From assembly GCA_951406725.2 (NCBI GenBank), contig OX597818.1:186001-250000 (forward strand): a stretch of DNA of 64,000 nt, written 5' to 3'. This DNA comes from Octopus vulgaris (Eukaryota). Below are positions 51,865 through 64,000 of the stretch, one piece after another (position 1 is the stretch's first letter; each line of letters begins with the position of its first letter). The position numbers and the translations under genes are program-made. The notes below the pieces were generated by a model. The model had not been told where the DNA came from. It made no database searches and saw only the letters and a program-made list of their open reading frames with translations.

Positions 51865-52829
51865 GATTACAAAGCAGTGTCATTCATTTCCAATATTCTG
51901 TAAAAACATGCCTGGCCATGGGGAAATATTACCTTGCTGGGAAACAAGTGAGTGGTGACAGGAAGGGCATCCAGCCATAGAAAATCTGCCTCAATGAATT
52001 CTCTCTGCCCAATAAAACATGGAAAAGTTGACATTAAAGAAAAAAGAAATCATAACAATTTGCATATATCTAATAGAATTCATTGGGGACAGATTTTCTA
52101 TAACTGGGTGCTCTTCCTACTACCAACCCTCACTTGTTTCCAAGCAATTCAATATTTCCCCTTGGCCAGATATGCTTTCACAGAAGTCTGAAAACAAAGG
52201 ACACAAATACGCACACACACACGCGTACATCTAAGTATATGTGTGCATATGAATATGTGTGTGTATGGATATGTGTGTATATATATGTGTGTATATGTAT
52301 ATATATGCATGTATATATGTATGAGTGTATCCATGTGTGCATGTGTGTGTGTGTGTGTGTGTGTATGTGTGTATATATATATATATATATGTGAAATGGA
52401 TTTCTTTCAGTTTCCATCTATCAGATTCACCTGCAAAGCTTTGTTTGGCCCATGACTTCAGTAGAAGATACTTGCCAAAGAAACTACAAGGCAGAATTGA
52501 GCCCACAACCTCATTGTTAGTATGTGGACTTTTTAACCACACTGCCATATATGTACCTATAACTGCATACATACACACACACATATATATACTAAATTAA
52601 TAATTATATATATAATTATTGGGAATCAGGAAAACCTTCTCCAACATGCTGAAAGAAGATGCCAAAGACACTAAAAAGCTGCTGAGTAACTCCTACAAAA
52701 CAAGGGTTGTAAGTGAGCAAATGAAAAATACTAAATAAAACTTCACAGTAAACTGTGTATTGGGATTAAAGCAATAAAAAGAGTTTACTTCCCATCTTCA
52801 GCATAATATTCAAAGAACATAATCAAAGT

Positions 52830-52983
52830 ACAGGAGTGGCTGTGTGGTAAGTAGCTTGCTTACCAACCACATGGTTCTGGGTTCAGTTCCACTGTGTGGC
52901 ACCTTGGGCAAGTGTCTTCTACTATACCATCGGGCCAACCAAAGGCTTGTGAGTGGATTTCGTAAACGGAAACTGAATGAAGC

Positions 52984-53070
<87 letters not shown>

Positions 53071-53332
53071 ATACATACATGTATGTATGTATGTATATAT
53101 ATATGTAAAAATGTATGTGTATATGTTTGTGTGTCTGTGTTTGTACCCTCAACATCACTTGACAACCGATGCTGGTGTGTTTACATCCCCTTAACTTAGC
53201 GGTTCGGCAAAAGGGACTGATAGAATAAGTACTAGGCTTCCAAAGAATAAGTCCTGGGATTGATTTGCTCGACTAAAGGCGGTGCTCCAGCATAGCCACA
53301 GTCAAATGACTGAAACAAGTAAAAGAGTAAAG
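52830..53332 (+). mobile_element. Full-length SINE with expanded internal (TA)n(GT)n
   Basis: Head caggagtggctgtgtggtaag through tail gactgaaacaagtaaaagag. Confidence 0.9.
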
Positions 53333-54336
53333 AGTATAGATATTTATTCATACCTATATGAAGCAAAGGTGTATGCATATACAAATATCTGTGCTTATGT
53401 ACCAGATAAAGTCAAATTTTTATTTTTCAATTCAGCCATGTGTTTTTTATCAAAACAGCCTTGCAGGAAATGCAATGTTGATCAGGAGCAAAAATATATT
53501 CAGGGTAAAATCACAATAGTTATATCGTGTGGCCAGCATGAAATAAAACCTTGTAAGTAATTTATATACTAAATTAATAATCATTATATATAATTATATT
53601 AAAGAACCTTCTCCAACATGTTGAAAGAAGACGCCAAAGGCACTAAAAATCCACTGTATAACTCCTCTCTCTCCATCTATATATATATATATAAATATAT
53701 AAAAAGCACTCCATCTGATAAGAGATTTTGTGCTATTTTGTGCTTCTTGACTTTTCGCATTTCTTCTCTCATTCAATTTTTAGTTCGTTATGCTATGTGG
53801 CTAGAGCCTGATGACTGAGTGGAGATGTTATACATGTTACAATTTAGTTTCAGTTTCCACTAAAGATTCATCAAAACTAGCTTACTTTCTCCTAACTACT
53901 GAGAGAAGCTAGCGATATTACTTATAGAATATATATACATGTATTTATTATAAACATACAAATATATATATATATATAAATGTATAAATGTTTTATAACA
54001 TACAGATGTATTAATATAAATATTCTCAAGTTTCACTTCTTTTCTTCCTGTAACTAAGATATTATAAGATTGGTGCAGTTCTAATCACATCTGCACAGAT
54101 GTCGGCATGCATCAATTGGTGCATCAATAATGTATATGAGACCATGGGGGTCTATTTTCCCAGTGAGGTTAAATGTTTATCAAGCACATACATGGTTGCA
54201 AGATTTGACCCCGAAAACATCAGGTCAAACATTAAACAAATCAACATATTTTCCTACCTGTTTAACCAAACAGGAACAAATGAAGGTGGCTGTATTATGA
54301 TTTCACACACATACACACACTAGATAGATATCTCAC

Positions 54337-54433
54337 CTGTTCATCAATTAAATGCATCTTTTCATTCTGTGCCTGTGCCAGCAATCTTTCCAGTTCAGAT
54401 AGTTTCTCCATGTGGTCATTATCACTGCTCAGA
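54337..54433 (-). CDS. PHLDB2: PHLDB-family internal coding exon (absent from the ORF track)
   Basis: tttttcag|T-LSSDNDHMEKLSELERLLAQAQNEKMHLIDEQ|gtgaga; 97 nt, ends in phase 0 and splices to VKQRE; resembles the PHLDB 'kieemekmLkeAhaEK.rl' segment. Confidence 0.82.
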
Positions 54434-55874
54434 CTGAAAAAGAAAGCAATTGGATATACTAACAATGATAATGGTCAATGTAATATTGTTGTAAGTAATG
54501 GTAAAGTAATTAGTTCATTGACTGCAATAGACATTGCATTGTGGTCCTAGTGAAAGTATATTCCCAGAGTGGTCTCAGATAAAGAATATGCCCTTACTCT
54601 GTTCACATATTTGTAATTTAGTTTAATCACTCCACTCTGTAGTTGTGGGTTTAGCCACACCAACCTTCGGCACAAAGAACATTTTTTAAATGTAATTTAA
54701 GAAAATAAGTTTCATCAACAGAAAAAATCTAAAAAAAAAAATTAAAACAACAAGCTGTAAAGATAAATTAGAATGTAGACAAATTAATGTAGCAATTTGT
54801 TAAAATTAGAATCATTTGTAGACACATCAAACCTACAGTAGCACAATATAAAAAGTAAATGAAAATACTGAAAACAAAATGATGTGGTACAGAAAGAATA
54901 AATATACAGTTCCCAGAAATAGTTAATGATTTGTTAAAGTTCAGTAAGTATTGACTACATAAGTGTATTTACAGTGACAAAACTATCTTTCAAAGGAGGA
55001 ATAAAATCCTTAAATACATGCAGGGATTAGTAATAAGATAGACTTCTTGTAATAAATATCAATAATGGAAGAGTATCCTTGAAACCATTTTGAATATAAA
55101 CGTAACAATACAAAACATCTGGTAATTTGTAGTAAGAATGAAATTGTTTTGACGATGTAGTTAACCCACAATGAATGTAATAGGGACAAAAACAATTTTA
55201 TAATGATGGTTTGTATTAAAATGTGTCTACAACTTGTATGGATATCTATGTTTGGTTGGTTATGTGTTTCTTTGTGTGAGTATATCATTTTCTAATATAT
55301 CCCTTCAACCAACGTTGATGAAATAAGGAACAAAATCCTTATATTTTGAGGGTTTCAGGGTCTAGAAATACATTTGATATGATTTTAGGCAAAAGAGCTT
55401 GTGTTTAAAAGTACATTAGTCAAAAACATTTTTGCAGTACAATGGACTGTTTTTAGCAAAATTTAAGTAACACATATACAAATAAACACATTGGATTTTA
55501 ATATATCACATAGCTTAGATTGCAACAGATGATGTGCAATCTAAGATGGTGTGAATTAACAAGAGAAAGAACAAGAAGTTATAAGAAATAGGTCAGACAA
55601 CGCAGTTGATTGATAAATTGAATCCTTGAAGTCAAAACTAATAGAAATTCATCATTTAGTCAATCTGCATATCTTTTTCATTTATTTTCCATTCTGGCAT
55701 GTGTTAGAAGAAACTTGTTAAGGCAAATTTTATAGAGCTAAGTGGTTCTTCCAACTGGAACCCCTTATATACAGTTGTGCCTGTGTGGTTAAGAAGTTTG
55801 CTTCCTAACCACATAATTTTAGGTTCATTTCACAGAATGGAATCTTGTAAGTGGATTTGGTAGATGGAAACTGA

Positions 55875-56170
55875 ATAATAATAATAATAATAATTGTGTA
55901 CAGTGCTCAGGTGCACTACAACTCATCTAAAGTGTATATATAATCAGGTGTAGTTTCGACGGATTTCGGGAAGCATGAGGGCCTTAAAGGATGCAGTGTC
56001 ATGGCAGTCAACAACTGATGCAGGCAGTTTATTCCACGCTTCAGCAACCCTGAGCGTGAAAAAATGTTTCCGAAAGTCATGGGAGCTGTGCTGTTTTCTG
56101 ACTTTGTAGGCATGTCCACGTGTGTTAGACACATGGAGATCAAATGTGTTAGACACAATGAAGCCAATCA
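55875..56170 (-). mobile_element. CR1-type LINE 3' end with (TTA)n tail, inserted in a SINE
   Basis: TRGHAYKV...FRKHFFTLRVAEAWNKLPASVV...FK is the CR1 ORF2 C-terminal signature; (AAT)n at 55875-55894. Confidence 0.85.
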
Positions 56171-56500
56171 TATATATATATGTATGTATAAGTTTGGAAA
56201 GAGGCTTGCAACAAGAAGGCTATCTGGATGTGGAAAATCTGCCTTAATAAAAATCTGTGTGGCCCATACAAGCATGGAAAATTGCAAGTTAAAGTGATAT
56301 ACATACAAATACACACAAACAAAAGGATCTAAAATAAGGAGTCAACAGTCATCCAGTAGTGTGTGTGTGTGTGGCACATGCTCAATGACATGTTTACATT
56401 TCATTCAAATGAGGCATGGAAGAAATATGGACTGCAGTCATGCTGGAGCACTGCCTTGAAGGGTTTAGTTGAACAAATCGACTCCAGTAATTATCTTTAA

Positions 56501-57185
56501 CCCTTTCGTTACCAAACCGCCCAAAGCCGCCCGAAAAAAAATTTGGTTAATGTGACCAAGCCGCCCAAAGCTGCCCGTATTTACCTATTCATATTTAAAT
56601 GAGAATATCAGAGCAAATCTCTTTAGTACATTCGTGAAAACACATGATTATACTTCGTAAACAGTTCATCTACAGTTTTGTACAACGATCGACGTGTAAT
56701 TTTAATTCCTTGAATTTTGGGAGATTTTTTTCCACATTTTTTTCGGCATCGATTTTTCTTCAAAATGGATAGGAGTTTCATGTTATCAAGCATTGATTCC
56801 GAATTGGAAAATTTGTGAAGCAAATACTGGGTACTGTTGTGGATTTAGTTTTTATACAGGGAAACTAATGTTAGTCAGCATGGCTTAGGGTATGATGTGG
56901 TCTGGAAGTTATTGTTTGAAGCGATCAATGTGGAAACAAACTTACGCAAAATGTAAACAAACACAAAATGGGGGTTCAAATTTCGGAAAATTTGTGAAGC
57001 AAATACTGGGTACTGTGTGGATTTAGTTTCTATACAGGGAAAATAATGTTAGTCAGCATGGCCTAGGGAACGATGTGGTCTGGAATTTATCACTTGATAA
57101 ATACAAGCCTAGATTCATGATCATTTTAGAATTTAATTGAAACTCATGAGGGGTGTATTTTGGTCAGAAATATAGTAACGAAAGG
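56501..57185. mobile_element. Non-autonomous piggyBac-like DNA transposon inserted into a SINE
   Basis: TTAA|ccctttcgttac... left end and ...gtaacgaaagg right end. Internal ~105-bp duplication (56806-56910 and 56985-57090). SINE halves lie at 56428-56500 and 57186-57435. Confidence 0.8.
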
Positions 57186-57459
57186 CTATTTATTCTATAT
57201 TTTGCTGAACAGCTAAGTTACAAGAATATAAACAAGCCAACATCAATTGTCATGTGGTGATGTGGGGAAAACATACACATGACAGGTTTCTTTCAGTTTT
57301 CATTTATCAGATCCACTCATAAAACTTGTGTCAGCCCAGGACTATAGTAGAAGATATTTGCCCAAGGTGCCATGTAGTGGGGCTGAACTTGAAATCATAT
57401 GGTTGGGAAGCAAGCTTCTTACCACACGGCCATGCATGTGTATATAAACATATATATAT

Positions 57460-57850
57460 ATTCTTTTACTTGTTTCAGTCATTTGACTGTAGCCATGCTA
57501 GAGCACTGCCTTTAGTCGAACAAATCAACCCCAGGATTTATTATTTGTAAGCCTAGTACTTATTCTATTTCTATTGACCTCTTTTGCCAATCCACTAAGC
57601 TACAAGGATGTAAACACACCAACACTGGTTGTCAAGTGATGATTGGGCGGGGCGGGGGGCAAACACCGACACACAAACATAATATATATATGATGGGCAT
57701 CTTTCAGCTTCTGTCTACCAAATCCACTCACAAGGTTTTGGTCAGTCTGAGGCTATAGTAGAAGATACTTGCCCAAGGTGCCATGCAGTGGGACTGAACT
57801 TGGAGCCATGTGGTTAAGCAAGCTTCTTACCACACAGCCATTCCTGCACC
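57460..57850 (-). mobile_element. SINE (dominant family)
   Basis: Similarity to the other copies. Confidence 0.88.
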
Positions 57851-57869
57851 TGTATACATGTATTATTAT

Positions 57870-57906
<37 letters not shown>

Positions 57907-58873
57907 TGTTTTGATACACACACATATTAATCAATTGCATGAACAATCTGAACCGAGAGAAGGAGAGAAAAATTCAGAAAAAGCTACCAACGCAAGTAAT
58001 ATAACAGCAACATTGATAACACACCAACACAATAACAACAAACAAATTTTTAGATAGGAAATAAATTTTGTGAACAATTTTCTCGAAAGGAATGATAGAG
58101 TAGAAAACCTGGAGTGAAGAAGATGACAAAACTGTAGTAAATCAGGACTGCCACTACCTAATGTTAGCTCTGTGAGTTCAAACCAGGCTGAAGTTGACTG
58201 CTTTCCAATCTACTCACCATCTTTCCTCTACCAATTTGTGAAGACATGATGATGAAAATCATTGTCATCACTGCATATCTTGGGCAAGAAAACCTGGTGG
58301 AACCCAACCCTCTCCAGGCTAAACTCATTTCCACAGCTGAGTGGACTGGAGCAATGTGAAATGAAGGGTTTTGCTCAAGAACACAATGTATCACCCAATC
58401 CAGGAACTGAAACCACAATCTTACAATTGTGAGTCTAACACCCTAACCACTAAGCCAGTTTTTGCAATTTGTCTCTGTTCTGTCTCCTTTCGTCTTACAC
58501 TTGTAGAAAAATAAAACATCATTGTCATCACTGTCATCCTCATCCATTTTACCTGCACTTCCCTGCTGGCATGGGTTGATAGTTCATCAGTCAGTCCTTA
58601 TTTTATTGTCCTCCTGGGCAGGTGTGAGGATCATATGTGCCAATAATCTTTGGTGACCTGGTAGACTTGTTAGCGCATAGAACAAAGTACTTAGCAGCAT
58701 TTCTTCTGACTCTTTACATTTTGAGTTAAAATCCAACCAAAATCAACTTAGACTTTCATCATTTTGGGGTGGTATTAAAATAAAGTGCCTCTTGAGTATT
58801 GGGAGTCAAAGTAATTGATTTAACTTAGATTGATGGCCGTGTGCCAAAAGTCGAATCATTATCATTAACATCA

Positions 58874-58943
58874 TCATTATTATTACTATTATTAAGGTAG
58901 TGAGCTGAAAGAATCACTACCTTAATAATAGTAATAATAATGA
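58874..58943. repeat. Perfect 30-bp inverted repeat with a 10-nt loop at the head of a second SINE family
   Basis: tcattattattactattattaaggtagtga / tcactaccttaataatagtaataataatga. Confidence 0.9.
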
Positions 58944-61900
58944 CAGAAATGCTTAGCAGCATTCCGTCCCTCTTTACGTTCTGAGTTCAAATTCTGCTGG
59001 GGTCGACTTTGCCATTTGTCCTTTTGAGATTGATGAAATAAGCACCAGTATAACACTGAGAGTGATATAATCAACTAGCACACTACTACAAGATTTCAGG
59101 CCTTGTATCTATAATAGAAAGGATCATCATTATTATCATCACATGGTGTCCATCAGTTATAGTCCTTGATAGTGTTCTTTATCTTTAAATCAACCTTGAT
59201 ATCAAGATAACTCATGATCATTGGCCATCCTTCTCTTTAAGAGATATTCAAAATTTTCAAGACAGTGGGGTGCAATTTGAAAGAAATTTGGCTGCTGTCT
59301 CTAGCAAGACAAGCAGGTACCCCTTACTGACCTTTGATATTTTGACAAAGGGCCACTAGAAAATCTCTATTCTTTGTTTCTATTTCAATGGATACAGCGT
59401 AAAAAGAAACACCTTTCTTTTCTTTTCTCTCCCACACCCAACCATAATGAAAGAATCTAAGAGAAATGTTAAAAGCTAAGAACTAAATATGTGAAACATA
59501 ATGTTAGCATTAAAGTTTTATCAGAAATATTGAGTGTCTGAAACAGTATCAATGGCAAGGAAGAATTAAATGGGGAAGAGGTGTCACAATATAGTAAGGT
59601 TGATGTAATAATAATACCAAGTGTACTGATGGTTGCAAGGGAATGAAGAAGAAAAGATGTTAACTGAATGATGAATAAGAGAAGGCAGAGTTGTCAGGGC
59701 TATGATAATAGTAATAACAGTAATAATTGTAGTAGTAATAATAATCATGATGATAATAATGTCTGTAATAGTAGTAGTAGCAATGACGGTAACAACAACA
59801 ATAATAATAATAAAGAAAAAAATCAGTAGCAAAATTCCATCTGGTTTCGTGACGGCCATGAAATGCTGGCAAAAATAGAAGAGAGAGACAGACAGACAGA
59901 CAGACAGAAGGACAAAGAATAATGTTAAGTGAATATTGAAATGGTAAGAGCCGTAGGCAATCATGATTTTCACACCATTGTATTTCTGATGCAAGACTAA
60001 AAGAGAAGAGGGATGGAGGAAAGGGAAAAGTGAGACAAAAAGGAAGGAGAGAGAATGAGTGAAAGTAGAGTGTGAGAAGGAAAGAGAGAGAAATGAAGAA
60101 AAATGGGAAGAGAGGAAGAATAGTGGAAATAGAAAGTGTAAGAAAAGGAGGGATATGGAGACAAGGATACTGAGAGACAAAGATAAAGAGAGGGTTATAC
60201 AATGAAAGAAAAGATAGGAATGGAAAGGGAGTGAGAGGGAGCAAATAATTTGAGAGAACACTTAGAGTGTATTTCTGGAATATTCCAACAGTAAATGGAC
60301 GAGAAATGAATAAAAGATTACCATTCATTTTTTTTTTTAAGTCAAAACCAGAGTTTCAGTAACATTTCTTCAATTATCAGTCAACATTTCTTTGATATCC
60401 GTTCAATGCCTTCATTTAATACAATACTTCAACACTTAGCAAATATCTTGATACAACACTTCTTCAACACATAAATGTCTGGATACAACACTTCCTTAAC
60501 ACATAGCAAAATTTAGGCCTTCTGCTTAAATTTTGAGGGGAGGGAAAAAGTCGATTGGCTGGTCCATAATTTTATCAACCCTAGAGAGAATGATGATGAT
60601 GATGATGATGATGATGATAATGGTTTCTAATTTTGGTTCAAGGCCTGCAATTTGTAGGAAGTATATAAGTCTATTACATCAACTCAGTGTTCAACTGGTA
60701 CTTACTTTATCAACCCCAAAAAGATGAAAGGCAGAGTCAGCCATAGTGGAATATGAGCCTAGGACATCATCATTGTCATCGTAGTAGTAGCAATGATACC
60801 AGAAAAACAATGAATGGTTTAAGCAAAGTTGCTCAACATGAATACCTACTCATCAAACACCATCACCATGCCGTTGCTGCCACCACTGCCAGCAGCAGCA
60901 CCACCACCACCATAGGTACTGCACCCCCTTCAATTTACAACCCTACTTAGTAAATAAATGATTAAGCTCCAGAAGTTTTTTCGCAACTAACATTAATTAT
61001 CCACTGAATAAACAAAAATTACTTCTCTATTCCACCAGATTAAGTTCAATTTCTTCTTTTTTTTTTTTTAATTCTTTCTTATTACTTCCTCTCTTTCAAT
61101 CATCTTCCTTGCTTGTCTCCAACTCCTCTTCATTCCTTGGCTATTTGTTGCTAACCCTAACTCCTCTGTCTTCTTTCACATCAATTGTAATGGGTAACAT
61201 TCTAAAGTCTAATCAGAGTACCTTGTTGTTTAGCCTCAGATCAAAACTAACCAAACAAACCAATAAAGATATTCCAGTCATGACTACCCAGTCTTGTTTT
61301 TTCCTTCAGGCAATGATATTTTTTGAGTGCTATTGTTTAACCTCAGGTCAGTACTGATCAAACAAAATACCTTTGATCATAAGTCTGTAAGATTAACAAT
61401 AAAATATATGCTGGCATGACTGTAACTATTTGGTTTAACCCAGAGTACCAAAAAGGACATTCCAAATCAAGTCTGAAAATACGACAAGAATAGACAGAGT
61501 TGCTATTGTGTAAATATAAACACAATGAAGTACATAGAGAGGTGATTCTATTTAGAAGTAGGTCAAAACTATGAGCTAGAGGGAGTCTATAGTAACTAAA
61601 ATCACCAATGAATCATACCCTGCAATCTTCATAAGATTACCGGTTTGTTAACTGTGTTTTGTTTCAAATCTGGATGACAGAAGTTATAGATTTTTAGCTG
61701 ACATTGAATGGATATATGGATATAAATACCTATTTCTGTTTTATTTTACATGCTGGGTCTAGAGGAAAAGGAAGTGCCCATAGCTTTCGCACTCTCTCTT
61801 AGATTGGTGAGATTGCTACCATAAATGTTCCTCTTAAACATTTGTAAGCCAAATCCTTGTAGGTTTGCAGGAAAGATATGAGCAAGGAGAGAGAATTTCA

Positions 61901-63509
61901 AAGGGATGATGTTGTAAGAAGGAAGGATAAGATAGAGTGATTAGTAAGAGTTTGAAGGATAGTGATGGACTCAACAATGGGAGGAGACGGGAGAGATGAG
62001 TGGGTTAGAAATGTCTGAGTAATGGTAGTGGAATGGACCCAGCTACTCCAAATAAACAAAGACCATTAGAAAAGGCAGGACACTTGTAGGTCAGAGGAGT
62101 GTGTCTGTGACTCTATGCCAATCAAGTGAATGGCTCTTTTCTGGATGCAGTCTAGGGTATCTGTGTGTAGCAGTAGTAGTAACAGCTGTGTGTCACCTCT
62201 GAGAGAAATAATCCATTATAAGCCTCACGAGCTTGGTGGAATATCAGTAATCGTCTTCTGACCTTGAAGAGAAGACCCAGTGATTGGGATGTGAATTGCA
62301 ATGTTAGATACAATATCTTAGTGGATAGAAAAGCAGGAACCAACTGGACTAATCTTAATCCTGGGTTGGGACTTCCTCAGCTCCTGAATACCCTCTTTAA
62401 CTGCCAACATAGAAACTGCTAATAAACCTACCACAAATATATAAATTAAACAAACTGCTAAGAAGGTGTTATATACGCAAATTAGCCCATCCCTTTTACC
62501 TAAGTTCTGAGTAATAATGAGTTTATAAGCAGTGTCGTCACTAAGGTATCTGTTTACACATACACCCACACACACACACAAACAGTGTTGGTTACAGATA
62601 TATTCGATAATAAAGTATGGCATTGTCTTTAAAAGAACACATTAGATATTATAATCTATAGTGTGCTATTTTCTGAATACAAAACAGGAGTCATGGAAGA
62701 AATACATTTGACTAGATATCTACTTGATCAGCAGCAACTTGGAGCGAAACAACAACTCGTGTAGTTAATAAGTCCATCTAGTGAAATGGTAGGGATTATA
62801 ACAGCTGCCTAGAAACATAAAAAAAAACAAACTCATTACTAGGAGACATTGCTGTTAGATGCAGTGGGTTGTAAATAGTGCAACTGGTGTCATTCACAGG
62901 ACATAAGTGACCATGTGACTAACACAGCAGGTACAAACCGAGATATAACCATAGAGAGAAAAGATACTTAAACAGAAAGAAAACTAGTTCATTTTTATTA
63001 CCATTGCTACTTCAGTTAAGTGGCGATGTGGTGATGATGTTGGCTGCCATTAATATACAAGAGAGAGAGGGGGGAGAGAGAGAGAGAGATGTCCTAAGCC
63101 TGGACAAATCAGTAGTATGTTAACTGTGTGATAGCAAGTATATTGTGGTGGTTTAGTCACAGGTCAGTATTGATTGAATCTCAAGTAAAAGACATTCTAA
63201 CCATGACCTTTCAGTCTTTTCTATATCTAAAACTACATTTTCAAATATATTTCCCTTTTAAGACAATAGAAGAGATTTAGTTACCATTTCCAGCATGTCT
63301 ATTGAAAGTGTTTGGTGATTGACAATAAAATCTATATGCTAATCATTAAATACAGTAATATTGTTTTGTTTTTTAAATTATAATCACTGATTTCATTGTA
63401 ATTACAGTTTTGAAGAAGATGAAAAGAAAAGATGAAGTGATGAGTATTACACCAAATTCTATTTGGTTTATTACACCTGTGTCTATACAATTAAATTACA
63501 TCAAGTTTA

Positions 63510-63715
63510 TACACTCTAGCTATATCTAGTTTATATACTCTAATTATATCTGGCTTATATACTCTAGTTACATCTAGTTTAGTTAATCTGTTTATATTTA
63601 GTTTACCGAATCTAGTCAGTTTATATTACATCTAGTTCTATTCGATTCATTCTATCTGGGTTACTAAATCTAGTTCAATCTGGTATATTTAAGTTATATC
63701 TAATTTAGTTATACT
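63510..63715. repeat. Degenerate minisatellite built on a (a)tctagtt motif
   Basis: Repeated tatactctag/tatatctagtt units. Confidence 0.6.
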
Positions 63716-63804
63716 GAAAGTAACTGGATCATGACATTTATTTCAACAGCAAGCATCTGTGTATTCTGATTGAATGATTAGTTACGATTTTCTTTTCTAC
63801 TTCA

Positions 63805-64000
63805 GGCAGAAGGCCTGAAATTTTTTTTTTTGGGGGGGGGGGGTGTCAATCGATTAGATTGACCCCAGTACACAACTGGTACTTAATTTATCGACCCCGA
63901 ACAGATGAAAGGCAGAGTTGACTTCGGTGGAATTTGAACTCCGAATGTAAAGACAGACGAAATACTGCTAAGCATTTCGCCTGGCATGCTAACATTTCTG
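63805..64000 (-). mobile_element. SINE of a second family (partial, runs off the window)
   Basis: gaccccagtacacaactggtacttaatttatcgaccccga...atgaaaggcagagttgacttcggtggaatttgaactc; related copies at ~58640-59120 (+) and 60620-60760. Confidence 0.75.

Noticed and set aside
59584-60328. Two ~225-aa hydrophobic ORFs resembling membrane proteins
   Set aside because: They derive from GA-rich and (TAA/TAG)n low-complexity sequence; no recognisable domain.
61560-61720. Further upstream PHLDB exon
   Set aside because: The candidate donor/acceptor pair encloses stops in all frames and shows no PHLDB similarity; upstream exons probably lie beyond the window, or I could not detect them.

Overview
AT-rich, repeat-dense eukaryotic (animal) DNA. 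The SINE, LINE and microsatellite complement resembles Octopus/coleoid cephalopod genomes (inferred from recognising the repeats, not from a search). The left part (1-24.2 kb) has no genes I can support. It holds SINEs, MITEs, an RTE-clade LINE fragment, and Penelope-like remnants carrying minimal hammerhead-ribozyme motifs. It ends in an ~8.4 kb (TTAGGG)n array (24235-32659, G-rich strand on +) that runs into a 100-N scaffold gap. The proximal part of the array is interrupted seven times by one conserved 32-nt non-telomeric unit, separated by variable numbers (about 4-18) of TTAGGG repeats; this is the most unusual signal in the window. A 2.1 kb (TTAAAA)n block inside the array is most likely the known nanopore miscall of TTAGGG. 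To the right of the gap are the last three recognisable coding exons of a PHLDB/LL5-family gene (coiled coil plus C-terminal PH domain, minus strand), with two candidate alternative terminal exons and many intronic transposon remnants.
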